Below are positions 23,901 to 38,900 of a stretch of DNA of 64,000 nucleotides, in pieces. Source of the stretch: Macrostomum lignano (Eukaryota); NCBI GenBank assembly GCA_002269645.1, contig NIVC01001957.1, positions 124,001-188,000 on the forward strand. The letters run 5' to 3'. The notes under the pieces are model-generated. The model did no database searches and had not been told where the DNA came from. It was given only the letters and a program-made list of their open reading frames with translations. How positions within the stretch are numbered: position 1 is the stretch's first letter; each line of letters begins with the position of its first letter. Position numbers and translations under genes: made by a program.

Positions 23901-26900
23901 ATCGCAGTGTGGAAATGGCCAAACAGGCTGTCCGCGACACTGGCTACGAGATATCGTTAGGCAATTTGCCGAAATCAATCGGCAACATGGTTGTGGTGTT
24001 TACCGGTTCCGGTAATGTCAGTCAAGGCGCTCAGGATATCTTTCGCGAACTGCCATTCGAAATGGTGCAAGTTGATCATCTGCCAGATATTGTGAAGCAC
24101 GGTTCCAGTTCAAAGATCTACGGTTGTGTTTGTAGTCGTTCGGATCATATTCGGCACCGCCAGACTGGCAAATTCGATCCCGAGGATTACGCTCAGAATC
24201 CTCAAAACTACATTAGCCTGTTCGCTAAAAAAGTGGCCCCATACGCTTCCGTGATCGTTAATGGCATCTACTGGGGCCCGAATTTGCCCAGGCTGATTAG
24301 TGTGCCGGATGCTAAACTGCTGTTGAGGGAGCAGCAGGATCACAGTCCATGGCTTGAGTCTTCGGCTGGTGAGAAATTTGAAACTTGGTGTTAATATACT
24401 CACCGAATGTGGAAACTGGGCGGTCACAATTGAAGGTCTATCAGCCACTGCCCCCCCCCCCCTATGATCCATCAGCCACTGCCCCCCCCCTATGATCCAT
24501 CAGCCACTGCCCCCCCCCTATGATCCATCAGCCACTGCCCCCCCCTATGATCCATCAGCGACTGCCCCCCCCTATAATCCATCAGCGACTGCCCCCCCCC
24601 CTATGATCCATCAGCCACTGCCCCCCGCCCTATGATCCACCAGGCACTGCCCCCCCCCCCTATGATCCATCAGCCACTGCCCCCCCCTATGATCCATCAG
24701 CGACTGCCCCCCCCCTATGATCCATCAGCGACTGCCCCCCCCCCCCTATGATCCATCAGCCACTGCCCCCTCCTATGATCCATCAGCCACTGCCCCCCGC
24801 CCTATGATCCACCAGGCACTGCCCCCCCTATGATCCATCAGCCACTGCCCCCCCCCTATGATCCATCAGCGACTGCCCCCCCCCTATGATCCATCAGCGA
24901 CTGCCCCGCCCCCCCCCTATGATCCATCAGCCACTGCCCCCTCCTATGATCCATCAGCCACTGCCCCCCCTATGATCCATCAGCCACTGCCCCCCTCCTA
25001 TGATCCATCAGCCACTGCCCCCCCCCTATGATCCATCAGCGACTGCCCCCCCCTATGATCCATCAGCGACTGCCCCGCCCCCCCCCTATGATCCATCAGC
25101 CACTGCCCCCCTCCTATGATCCATCAGCCACTGCCCCCCCTATGATCCATCAGCGACTGCCCCCCTCCTATGATCCATCAGCCACTGCCCCCCCTATGAT
25201 CCATCAGCGACTGCCCCCCTTGTTCTATTATTGTAGACAAAATTTTAAGAACATGTCATTTTTGTAACAGGCGATTTGTATTAAATTTAAATCACTTAAA
25301 CAGCAACTGTGCGAGTTTAAATTTAAACAGAAAAAATAGTGTTTTATATTCGGTTTACAGGTTGTCCCCAGCTGCCACATCGAATGCTGGCAATCTGCGA
25401 CATCAGCTGCGATCCCGGAGGGTCAATAGAGTTCATGAAAGAGATCACCACAATTGATAAACCATTCTGTCTCTATGATGCTGAACAGAATATGAGCTAC
25501 GATCAGTGAGTGCCTATTATAGAATTGGCGATTTAAAAAATGAAACTTGTGTTCTTAATACTCTAGTCACTGTCATCAGTAGCATGAACTGTTGTCGTTT
25601 TTTTAACAACCTTGCCTTGTTTTGACTAAAGCCTTCGAAGGAATCGCCCCTTAGGCTCCTTAAAGAATCGCCCCTAAGCCTCCTTAAAGAATCGCCCCTT
25701 AGGCTCCTTAAAGAACCGCCCCTAAGCCTCCTTAAAGAATCGCCCCTAAGCCTCCTTAAAGAATCGCCCCTAAGCCTCCTTAAAGAATCGCCCCTTAAGC
25801 TCCTTAAAGAATCGCCCTTAAGCCTCCTTAAAGAATCGCCCCTAAGCCTCCTTAAAGAATCGCCTCTAAGCCTCCTTAAAGAATCGCCTCTAAGCCTCCT
25901 TAAAGAATCGCCTCTAAGCCTCCTTAAAGAATCGCCTCTAAGCCTCCTTAAAGAATCGCCCCTAAGGCTCCTTAAAGAATCGCCCCTAAGTCTCCTTAAA
26001 GAATCGCCCCTAAGGCTCCTTAAAAATTCGTTTCTAAGCCTCCTTAAAGAATCGCCCTTGAGCCTCCTTAAAGAATCGCCCTTAAGCCTCCCTAAAGAAT
26101 CGCCTCTAAGCCTCCTAAAGCATCGTCTCTAAGCCTACTAAAGCATCGTCTCTAAGCCTCCTAAAGCATCGTCTCTAAGCCTCCTAAAGCATCGTCTCTA
26201 AGCCTCCTAAAGCATCGTCTCTAAGCCTCCTAAAGCATCGTCTCTAAGCCTCCTAAAGCATCGTCTCTAAGCCTCCTAAAGCATCGTCTCTAAGCCTCCT
26301 AAAGCATCGTCTCTAAGCCTCCTAAAGCATCGTCTCTAAGCCTCCTAAAGCATCGTCTCTAAGCCTCCTAAAGCATCGTCTCTAAGCCTCCTAAAGCATC
26401 GTCTCTAAGCCTCCTAAAGCATCGTCTCTAAGCCTCCATAAGAATCGACATTCACCCTTCGAGAGATGCATGTGGGAAAATTATACAAAAAGATGGGTTT
26501 TTCTGTAAAAAAAAATTCAGTTTTTCAGGCCCTGGCGTGATAATCTGCGCTGTGGACAACATGCCGGCTCAAATGCCCCGGGAGAGCACCGAGTTTTTCG
26601 GCTCGCTACTGATGCCATATGTCTACGATATTGTGAGTCTTTGGGGTAGACTCTAAATCCCCATTCCAGTAGTCTCCAATGGGATAATTGGGATCTCAGA
26701 CTCTAAATCCCCATTCCAGTAGTCTCCAATGGGATAATTGGGATCTCAGACTCTAAATCCCCATTCCAGTAGTCTCCAATGGGATAATTGGGATCTCAGA
26801 CTCTAAATCCCCATTCGAGTAGTCTCCAATGGGATAATTGGGATCTCAGACTCTAAATCCCCATTCGAGTAGTCTCCAATGGGATAATTGGGATCTCAGA

Positions 26901-29900
26901 TTCTAAATCCCCATAGTATAGTGTTTCGAAGTTCTTTTAAGGATATGCAATCAAAATCCTAATTCTCATTTCCAATTCAGATGTCTTCTGACGCCAAGCA
27001 GCCATTCGACAAATGGGAAGCTGATCCCATTGTCAAAAATGCCATCATTACTTCTAACGGCTCTTTGACTCCGAATTTCGAGTACATTGCCGAACTTCGC
27101 GACGCCAAGCGCAAGCAGTCGGCTGGCAGAGCTCGATCCAGACAGGCCGTGAAGCACCGGCTGCTGGTGCTGGGCTCGGGGCATGTGGCTGGTCCGCTGG
27201 TGGAGTATCTGCAGAGGGATGCGAGCTTGCAGATCACCATTGGTGAGTGCACTGACTGACTGACTGACTGACTGACTGACTGACTGACTGACTGACTGAC
27301 TGACTGACTGACTGACTGACTGACTGACTGACTGACTGACTGACTGACTGACTGACTGACTGACTGACTGACTGACTGACTGACTGACTGACTGACTGAC
27401 TGACTGACTGACTGACTGACTGACTGACTGACTGACTGACTGACTGACTGACTGACTGACTGACTGACTGACTGACTGACTGACTGACTGACTGACTGAC
27501 TGACTGACTGACTGACTGACTGACTGACTGACTGACTGACTGACTGACTGACTGACTGACTGACTGACTGACTGACTGACTGACTGACTGACTGACTGAC
27601 TGACTGACTGACTGACTGACTGACTGACTGACTGACTGACTGACTGACTGACTGACTGACTGACTGACTGACTGACTGACTGACTGACTGACTGACTGAC
27701 TGACTGACTGACTGACTGACTGACTGACTGACTGACTGACTGACTGACTGACTGACTGACTGACTGACTGACTGACTGACTGACTGACTGACTGACTGAC
27801 TGACTGACTGACTGACTGACTGACTGACTGACTGACTGACTGACTGACTGACTGACTGACTGACTGACTGACTGACTGACTGACTGACTGACTGACTGAC
27901 TGACTGACTGACTGACTGACTGACTGACTGACTGACTGACTGACTGACTGACTGACTGACTGACTGACTGACTGACTGACTGACTGACTGACTGACTGAC
28001 TGACTGACTGACTGACTGACTCACTGACTGACTGACTGACTGACTGACTGACTGACTCACTGACTGACTCACTGACTGACTCACTGACTGACTCACTGAC
28101 TGACTCACTGACTGACTCACTGACTGACTCACTGACTGACTCACTGACTGACTCACTGACTGACTCACTGACTGACTCACTGACTGACTGACTCACTGAC
28201 TCACTTACTGACCATAATGACAGGCCAACTCGATCCAAACAACTGCTTTTAAACGGAGTTTCCCTCATTTAACTTGCCATTTCCTTTCCTTCCTCAGCCT
28301 CCAACATCCGTGCAGACGTGGAGTCGATGGCATCCAAGTACAACTGTCAGCCCGTATTCGCGGACGTGAGCAGTCAGCCTCACTGACTGACTGACTCACT
28401 GACTCACTTACTGACCATAATGACAGGCCAACTCGATCCAAACAACTGCTTTTAAACGGAGTTTCCCTCATTTAACTTGCCATTTCCTTTCCTTCCTCAG
28501 CCTCCAACATCCGTGCAGACGTGGAGTCGATGGCATCCAAGTACAACTGTCAGCCCGTATTCGCGGACGTGAGCAGTCAGCCGGACGTGATCGAAGGTCT
28601 CATAGCGGATCACAGCCTAGTAGTGAGCCTGCTACCCTACAGATTTCATCCGAGGGTGTTGAAGATGTGCCTGCGAGCGAGGCGCAATCTAGTCACGGCC
28701 TCCTATGCCACCGACGAGATGCGGGAGCTGAGCAAAGAGGCCAAGGAGGTCGGCATAACGGTGTCCATGGAGAATGGGTTGGATCCCGGCATTGATCACC
28801 TGCTGGCTATGGAAGCTATCGAATCTATTAAAGAGCACGGCGGAACTATTGACAAGTGAGTCCGTGCTCAGATATATGCCTGGGCACAGTATATCCGGTC
28901 ATAATTATCCCCCGATAAAAGTATCCCCCATAAACATATCCTCCATACCCGAAAAAATATGTATTAAGGAATATCCTCATTATAACATTAATATTACTTT
29001 TTGCGGAGCATCAATGTAGAATTTTGTGAGGGCGCTTACGGAGCGCAGCTTATGCGCCCTCAAAATTCTACATTGATGCCCCGCAAAAAGTAATGTTTAT
29101 ATTATTGTCATTAATGCAAGAGATTTCCGGGCATCAATGTCGAAAATTCCGGGCTCTGTGTTATTACATAGAATGCAGTTGAAATGTCTATGGCCATTCT
29201 TTCTTTTGATTTGCGAGCTCTGGGCCATAGACGAAGTTTTGATGTTCCAGGTCTAGAGATGGACAGTAAAACTGAAGGAGCTAGAAAAATGCTAAATGTA
29301 TTTTTTTCAAATCTGTCAGGACTAAGCTGTGCTTGAGTTCTGAAAATGATCAACCGTTTAATTAATTATTCCAATCTGCCGGGAGAAATGGTTTCCGGTA
29401 TGTCGACCGAAGAGCTGGCGCGTGGGTATCATCCGAGTCGAACAGCCGGTATTTGGAGGAACTGAGCGAAGAATTTGCGCGCAAGATCGAATCAGAAGAG
29501 ATTCTCGACATTCCGGAGGACGTGATGCAAGAGTTGAATCAGCTTGAACGAGATGGAATACCGGACTCCTCCGCCCGGCAGATGGAGGACAATGTGAGCC
29601 GCTTCAAGACTTTTCTGGAAGAAATGAAACTGTCAACGGATCTGCTGCGAATTCCAAAGTCGATTCTGGCTAATTATTTGCGTTTCTTCTATTCGACACT
29701 GCGAACAAAGGACGAGCGGTACTATGCTCCAGCAAGTCTCATCTGCATTAGAGCCGGACTGTATCGCTTCTTCTGTCTCAGTCGCCCAGAGATTAACATT
29801 GTCAAAAATCAGCCTTTAGGATAATGCAATCGTCTATGGTTAAACCATGAGCACATTTATTTATTTTTTCACTTAAACTTCAGGATAATGATTTCAAACT

Positions 29901-32900
29901 CGGGATAATGGACACCTATTTTTAGAACAAAACAGCAAACACCAACAACAAAAGATTAGCGCTATGGAAAGTTAATTGTGCAGTATCAATATGGCGCAAT
30001 TGTCATAGTGCCGAAGACCATTACAGATTGCAATTGTTGAAAGTGCAGTTGTTCATAATAAAGATATTCCGACCGTTCATCTGACGACCATCAGACACGC
30101 TCACTGCTTCTTGCACGATGGAACTTTGGATGCTGATGTCAGCAGGCATTGTTACTTGACCGTGGGTTGCGGCGCTTTGTCCCATGTTCAACGCACGCGA
30201 CACTGCATCGCTGCATTGTTGCAGGGACTTGTCCCGTTTAACTGCCAGGTAGCGCCGGACCGTGCTCTCGGACTTTTGACCCGTGATAGCCATGATCTCG
30301 CTCATCGAATGCCCAGCCGATTCCAGGTCTCAAGAAAGTGCAAGAAGTTCAAAAAGTCTTCGTTATCCTTCATGTCCTTCTGAGATGTGGAAAGTCTTGA
30401 GATCCAATTGAGTTTGCTGCTAGATACGTTGGCTAAACTTTCGACAGGCAGATTGCCCCAGTTGATCGGATATGACGTCTGGTTCTCCATGGCCAAGCGA
30501 ATGTAGCTATTTACGTTTTATTCTCTCTTTCTCTCCACATCTCCTTCCTTTCCACCCTCTTAACCCCCAGCCTGTTTGCAACTTCGTTGTCTATGGCCCA
30601 AACTCCAGTAAACCACCTCAGTGTTTATGTCTCTCTCTCCTCGGTAACCCCTCTCTCCTTTCGATGCCCTTTTTGTCTATGGCCCCACTGAAATTCGACA
30701 ATGCGGTTATTCGTAAGTGAGACTTTAGGATAATAGTCCTATGCTCACTCGTGCGCTGCGCTAAAGTCTCACTTACGAATAACCAACCATTAACATTAAC
30801 TTCTGCTGTTATTTGTTTGCCTCTGTTTCACACTGTTGTTCTATTTCGCTCTATTACTGAAATAGAAAATACCATAGACAATTCAAGGCACGAATCGCCA
30901 CATTGACGCCCGGAAAAGGGACGCTTAAGCCCGCAAAAATTAATGACAATAACAATACCGCCATCAAAAGTATCCCCTATTAATCATATATCCATTATAA
31001 ATAGCCCTAATAAAAATATCCCTTACTAATAATATCCCCATTATCAATATCCCCAAAAAATGCCCTTACTAATAATATCCCCATTATAAACATCCCCAAT
31101 AAAAATATCCCCAATAAAAATGCCTTTACTAATAATATCCCAAATAAAAATACCCCCTACTAATATTATCCCCATAATAAATATCCCCTTTAAAAGCATC
31201 CCCACGCAAAATATGCCCACCCAGATTCATCAGTTACTGCGGCGGGCTGCCGGCACCGCAGCACAGCACGAACCCACTGCGCTACAAGTTCAGCTGGAGC
31301 CCCGAGGGCGCTCTGCTATCCACACTGAACGCTTCTCGCTACTTGAAGTCCGGCAAAATTGTTGAAATACCCCGCGGCGGTCACCTGATGCTGGCTGCTC
31401 AGGACATCGAGTACTTTCCCGGCTTCAATCTGGAAGGCTATCCCAACAGAGACAGCCTGCACTACCGGGATCTGTACGGGATCGAGTCCGCCCAGACCCT
31501 GCTCAGGGGGACGCTCAGGTATCGGGGCTACTCCAACGCAGCCTGGGGACTCATCCAGCTTGGCCTACTGTCGGACACTCCGCACGCCAGTCTGCATCCG
31601 GAAGGCCCAGACATCACCTGGAAACAGTTGCTATGCCAACTGCTCGGCAAACCTAGGGATATTTTTGTTGGCACGCTTAAAGACGCCGTGTTTGCTAAAG
31701 TCGGCCGGGACAGGGAGAAGTTCCAGTGCATCGAGGAGCTCGGGCTGTTCGAGGATAAGCTAATTGAGAAGAGGCACACGCCTTTGAGTAGTATCAGCTG
31801 CATGCTGGCTGAAAAGCTGAAGTACAGTGAGTGCATGATGTACTTTTCTATTTTCAACTATTGATCTTAGAATCTTAATCATTTGATGTTTTAGCCCTGA
31901 TCCAGGAATCCTCAAATCTAATACTTCGATCCCCAATCCTAATCTCTTGATTCTAAAATCCCAACATCTAGATCTCTAATCCCAATAAACAGATCCCTAA
32001 TCCTAATATCTAGATCCATAATCCCAATATCTAGATCCCTAATCCCAATATCTAGATCCCTAATCCTAACATCTGGATCCCTAATCCCAATATCTAGATC
32101 CCTAATCCCAATATCTAGATCCCTAATCCCAACACCTAGATCCCTAATCCCAATATCTAGATCCCTAATCTCAATATCTAGATCCCTAATCCTAATATCT
32201 AGATCCCTAATCCCAATATCTAGATCCCTAATCTCAATATCTAGATCCCTAATCCCAATATCTAGATCTCTATTCATGCATGTATGTCTCAATCCCCAGA
32301 CCTAGATCCCTAATCCCAATCCAATCACCTGTAAAATCATTCAGTACTGCTACTGCATCTAAAACTATAAATCCGTCCATCCCCCCACAGAGCCAGGCGA
32401 GACGGACGTGATCATAATGGTGCTGGATTTGTCCTGCCGGTTCCCCAACGGCACCCGGGAGAATCACGTGATCAGCCTGGTGAAGTACGGCGATCCTAAC
32501 GGCTATTCGGCAATGTCCCTCACCGTTGGCTATCAAACAGCTATAGCCGCCAAAATGCTGCTTGATGGTGAGTCTTGGAATGAGAATTTCAATGGAATGA
32601 GTCTGGGGAATGCTGCAAATGGATTGATGTGTCAGTGGGTATAACTGATGTGTCAGTGAATAGAACTGATGTGTCAGTGAATAGAACTGATGTGTCAGTG
32701 AATAGAACTGATGTGTCAGTGAATAGAACTGATGTGTCAGTGGGTATAACTGATGTGTCAGTGAATATAACTGATGTGTCACTGAATATAACTGATGTGT
32801 CACTGAATATAACTGATGTGTCACTGAATATAACTGATGTGTCACTGAATATAACTGATGTGTCAGTGAATAGAACTGATGTGTCACTGAATAGAACTGA

Positions 32901-35900
32901 TGTGTCACTGAATAGAACTGATGTGTCACTGAATAGAACTGATGTGTCAGTGAATAGAACTGATGTGTCAGTGAATAGAACTGATGTGTCAGTGAATAGA
33001 ACTGATGTGTCAGTGGATATAACTGATGTGTCACTGAATATAACTGATGTGTCAGTGAATAGAACTGATGTGTCACTGAATAGAACTGATGTGTCAGTGA
33101 ATAGAACTGATGTGTCACTGAATAGAACTGATGTGTCAGTGAATAGAACTGATGTGTCAGTAAATATAACTGATGTGTCAGTGAATAGAACTGATGTGTC
33201 ACTGAATAGAACTGATGTGTCAGTGAATAGAACTGATGTGTCAGTGGGTATAACTGATGTGTCAGTGAATAAAACTGGTGTGTCACTGAATAGAACTGAT
33301 GTTTCAGTGAATAGAACTGATGTGTCAGTGAATAGAACTGATGTGTCAGTGAATAGAACTGGTGTGTCAGTGAATATAACTGATGTGTCAGTGAATTGAA
33401 CTGGTGTGTCAGTGAATATAACTGATGTGTCAGTGGGTATAACTGATGTGTCAGTGAATAGAACTGGTGTGTCACTGAATAGAACTGATGTTTCAGTGAA
33501 TATAACTGATGTGTCAGTGAATTGAACTGGTGTGTCAGTGAATATAACTGATGTGTCAGTGGGTATAACTGATGTGTCAGTGAATTGAACTGGTGTGTCA
33601 GTGAATATAACTGATGTGTCACTGAATATAACTGATGTGTCACTGATTAGAACTGATGTGTCAGTGAATATAACTGATGTGTCAGTGAATATAACTGATG
33701 TGTCAGTGAATATAACTGATGTGTCACTGAATATAACTGATGTGTCACTGAATATAACTGATGTGTCACTGAATATAACTGATGTGTCACTGAATATAAC
33801 TGATGTGTCACTGAATAAAACTGATGTGTCAGTGAATAGAACTGATGTGTCACTGAATATAACTGATGTGTCACTGAATATAACTGATGTGTCACTGAAT
33901 ATAACTGATGTGTCACTGAATAGAACTGATGTGTCAGTGAATATAACTGATGTGTCACTGAATAGAACTGATGTGTCACTGAATAGAACTGATGTGTCAC
34001 TGAATAGAACTGATGTGTCACTGAATAGAACTGATGTGTCAGTGAATAGAACTGATGTGTCAGTGAATAGAACTGATGTGTCAGTGGGTATAACTGATGT
34101 GTCACTGAATAGAACTGATGTGTCAGTGAATAGAACTGATGTGTCAGTGAATAGAACTGGTGTGTCAGTGAATAGAACTGATGTGTCAGTGAATAGAACT
34201 GATGTGTCAGTAAATATAACTGATGTGTCAGTGAATAGAACTGATGTGTCACTGAATAGAACTGATGTGTCAGTGAATAGAACTGATGTGTCAGTGGGTA
34301 TAACTGATGTGTCAGTGAATAAAACTGGTGTGTCACTGAATAGAACTGATGTGTCAGTGAATAGAACTGATGTTTCAGTGAATAGAACTGATGTGTCAGT
34401 GAATAGAACTGATGTGTCAGTGAATAGAACTGGTGTGTCAGTGAATATAACTGATGTGTCAGTGAATTAAACTGGTGTGTCAGTGAATTGAACTGGTGTG
34501 TCAGTGAATATAACTGATGTGTCAGTGAATAGAACTGATGTGTCAGTGAATAGAATTGATGTGTCAGTGAATAGAACTGATGTGTCAGTGAATAGAACTG
34601 ATGTGTCAGTGAATAGAACTGATGTGTCAGTGAATAGAACTGATGTGTCAGTGGGTATAACTGATGTGTCAGTGAATATAACTGATGTGTCACTGAATAT
34701 AACTGATGTGTCACTGAATATAACTGATGTGTCACTGAATATAACTGATGTGTCACTGAATATAACTGATGTGTCAGTGAATAGAACTGATGTGTCACTG
34801 AATAGAACTGATGTGTCACTGAATAGAACTGATGTGTCACTGAATAGAACTGATGTGTCAGTGAATAGAACTGATGTGTCAGTGAATAGAACTGATGTGT
34901 CAGTGAATAGAACTGATGTGTCAGTGGATATAACTGATGTGTCACTGAATATAACTGATGTGTCAGTGAATAGAACTGATGTGTCAGTGAATATAACTGA
35001 TGTGTCACTGAATAGAACTGATGTGTCACTGAATAGAACTGATGTGTCAGTGAATAGAACTGATGTGTCAGTGAATATAACTGATGTGTCAGTGAATAGA
35101 ACTGATGTGTCACTGAATATAACTGATGTGTCACTGAATATAACTGATGTGTCACTGAATATAACTGATGTGTCACTGAATATAACTGATGTGTCACTGA
35201 ATAGAACTGATGTGTCACTGAATATAACTGATGTGTCACTGAATAGAACTGGTGTGTCAGTGAATAGAACTGATGTGTCAGTGGGTATAACTGATTTGTC
35301 AGTGAATAAAACTGGTGTGTCACTGAATAGAACTGATGTTTCAGTGAATAGAACTGATGTGTCAGTGAATAGAACTGATGTGTCAGTGAATAGAACTGGT
35401 GTGTCAGTGAATATAACTGATGTGTCAGTGAATTGAACTGGTGTGTCAGTGAATTGAACTGGTGTGTCAGTGAATATAACTGATGTGTCAGTGAATAGAA
35501 CTGATGTGTCAGTGAATAGAATTGATGTGTCAGTGAATAGAACTGATGTGTCAGTGAATAGAACTGATGTGTCAGTGAATAGAACTGATGTGTCAGTGAA
35601 TAGAACTGATGTGTCAGTGGGTATAACTGATGTGTCACTGAATATAACTGATGTGTCACTGAATATAACTGATGTGTCACTGAATATAACTGATGTGTCA
35701 GTGAATAGAACTGATGTGTCACTGAATAGAACTGATGTGTCACTGAATAGAACTGATGTGTCACTGAATAGAACTGATGTGTCACTGAATAGAACTGATG
35801 TGTCAGTGAATAGAACTGATGTGTCAGTGAATAGAACTGATGTGTCAGTGGATATAACTGATGTGTCACTGAATATAACTGATGTGTCAGTGAATAGAAC

Positions 35901-38900
35901 TGATGTGTCACTGAATAGAACTGATGTGTCAGTGAATAGAACTGATGTGTCACTGAATAGAACTGATGTGTCAGTGAATAGAACTGATGTGTCACTGAAT
36001 AGAACTGATGTGTCAGTGAATAGAACTGATGTGTCAGTGGGTATAACTGATGTGTCAGTGAATAGAACTGATGTGTCAGTGAATAGAACTGATGTGTCAG
36101 TGAATAGAACTGGTGTGTCAGTGAATAGAACTGATGTGTCAGTGAATAGAACTGATGTGTCAGTGAATATAACTGATGTGTCAGTGAATAGAACTGATGT
36201 GTCACTGAATAGAACTGATGTGTCAGTGGATATAACTGATGTGTCACTGAATATAACTGATGTGTCAGTGAATAGAACTGATGTGTCACTGAATAGAACT
36301 GATGTGTCAGTGAATAGAACTGATGTGTCACTGAATAGAACTGATGTGTCAGTGAATAGAACTGATGTGTCAGTGAATATAACTGATGTGTCAGTGAATA
36401 GAACTGATGTGTCACTGAATAGAACTGATGTGTCAGTGAATAGAACTGATGTGTCACTGAATAGAACTGATGTGTCACTGAATAGAACTGATGTGTCACT
36501 GAATAGAACTGATGTGTCAGTGAATAGAACTGATGTGTCAGTGGATATAACTGATGTGTCACTGAATAGAACTGATGTGTCAGTGAATAGAACTGGTGTG
36601 TCAGTGAATATAACTGATGTGTCAGTGAATTGAACTGGTGTGTCAGTGAATTGAACTGGTGTGTCAGTGAATATAACTGATGTGTCAGTGAATAGAACTG
36701 ATGTGTCAGTGAATAGAATTGATGTGTCAGTGAATAGAACTGATGTGTCAGTGAATAGAACTGATGTGTCAGTGAATAGAACTGATGTGTCAGTGAATAG
36801 AACTGATGTGTCAGTGGTATAACTGATGTGTCAGTGAATATAACTGATGTGTCACTGAATATAACTGATGTGTCACTGAATATAACTGATGTGTCACTGA
36901 ATATAACTGATGTGTCACTGAATATAACTGATGTGTCAGTGAATAGAACTGATGTGTCACTGAATAGAACTGATGTGTCACTGAATAGAACTGATGTGTC
37001 ACTGAATAGAACTGATGTGTCAGTGAATAGAACTGATGTGTCAGTGAATAGAACTGATGTGTCAGTGAATAGAACTGATGTGTCAGTGGATATAACTGAT
37101 GTGTCACTGAATATAACTGATGTGTCAGTGAATAGAACTGATGTGTCAGTGAATATAACTGATGTGTCAGTGAATAGAACTGATGTGTCACTGAATAGAA
37201 CTGATGTGTCAGTGAATAGAACTGATGTGTCAGTGAATATAACTGATGTGTCAGTGAATAGAACTGATGTGTCACTGAATAGAACTGATGTGTCAGTGAA
37301 TAGAACTGATGTGTCAGTGGGTATAACTGATGTGTCAGTGAATTGAACTGGTGTGTCAGTGAATATAACTGATGTGTCACTGAATATAACTGATGTGTCA
37401 CTGATTAGAACTGATGTGTCAGTGAATATAACTGATGTGTCAGTGAATATAACTGATGTGTCAGTGAATATAACTGATGTGTCACTGAATATAACTGATG
37501 TGTCACTGAATATAACTGATGTGTCAGTGAATAGAACTGATGTGTCACTGAATAGAACTGATGTGTCACTGAATAGAACTGATGTGTCAGTGAATAGAAC
37601 TGATGTGTCATTGAATATAACTGATGTGTCACTGAATATAACTGATGTGTCACTGAATATAACTGATGTGTCACTGAATATAACTGATGTGTCACTGAAT
37701 ATAACTGATGTGTCACTGAATATAACTGATGTGTCACTGAATAGAACTGATGTGTCACTGAATAGAACTGATGTGTCACTGAATAGAACTGATGTGTCAC
37801 TGAATAGAACTGATGTGTCAGTGAATAGAACTGATGTGTCACTGAATAGAACTGATGTGTCAGTGAATAGAACTGATGTGTCAGTGGGTATAACTGATGT
37901 GTCAGTGAATAGAACTGATGTGTCAGTGAATAGAACTGATGTGTCAGTGAATAGAACTGGTGTGTCAGTGAATAGAACTGATGTGTCAGTGAATAGAACT
38001 GATGTGTCAGTGAATATAACTGATGTGTCAGTGAATAGAACTGATGTGTCACTGAATAGAACTGATGTGTCAGTGGATATAACTGATGTGTCACTGAATA
38101 TAACTGATGTGTCAGTGAATAGAACTGATGTGTCACTGAATAGAACTGATGTGTCAGTGAATAGAACTGATGTGTCACTGAATAGAACTGATGTGTCAGT
38201 GAATAGAACTGATGTGTCAGTGAATATAACTGATGTGTCAGTGAATAGAACTGATGTGTCACTGAATAGAACTGATGTGTCAGTGAATAGAACTGATGTG
38301 TCAGTGAATAGAATTGATGTGTCAGTGAATAGAATTGATGTGTCAGTGAATAGAACTGATGTGTCAGTGAATATAACTGATGTGTCAGTGAATAGAACTG
38401 ATGTGTCAGTGAATAGAACTGATGTGTCAGTGAATAGAACTGATGTGTCAGTGAATAGAACTGGTGTGTCAGTGAATAGAACTGATGTGTCAGTGAATAG
38501 AACTGATGTGTCAGTGAATATAACTGATGTGTCAGTGAATAGAACTGATGTGTCACTGAATAGAACTGATGTGTCAGTGAATAGAACTGATGTGTCAGTG
38601 GGTATAACTGATGTGTCAGTGAATAAAACTGGTGTGTCACTGAATAGAACTGATGTTTCAGTGAATAGAACTGATGTGTCAGTGAATAGAACTGATGTGT
38701 CAGTGAATAGAACTGGTGTGTCAGTGAATATAACTGATGTGTCAGTGAATTGAACTGGTGTGTCAGTGAATATAACTGATGTGTCAGTGAATAGAACTGA
38801 TGTGTCAGTGAATAGAATTGATGTGTCAGTGAATAGAACTGATGTGTCAGTGAATAGAACTGATGTGTCAGTGAATAGAACTGATGTGTCAGTGAATAGA

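Noticed and set aside
26966-28268. SQSV-repeat ORFs of 344-404 aa
   Set aside because: Translation of the (ACTG)n microsatellite, antisense within an AASS intron.
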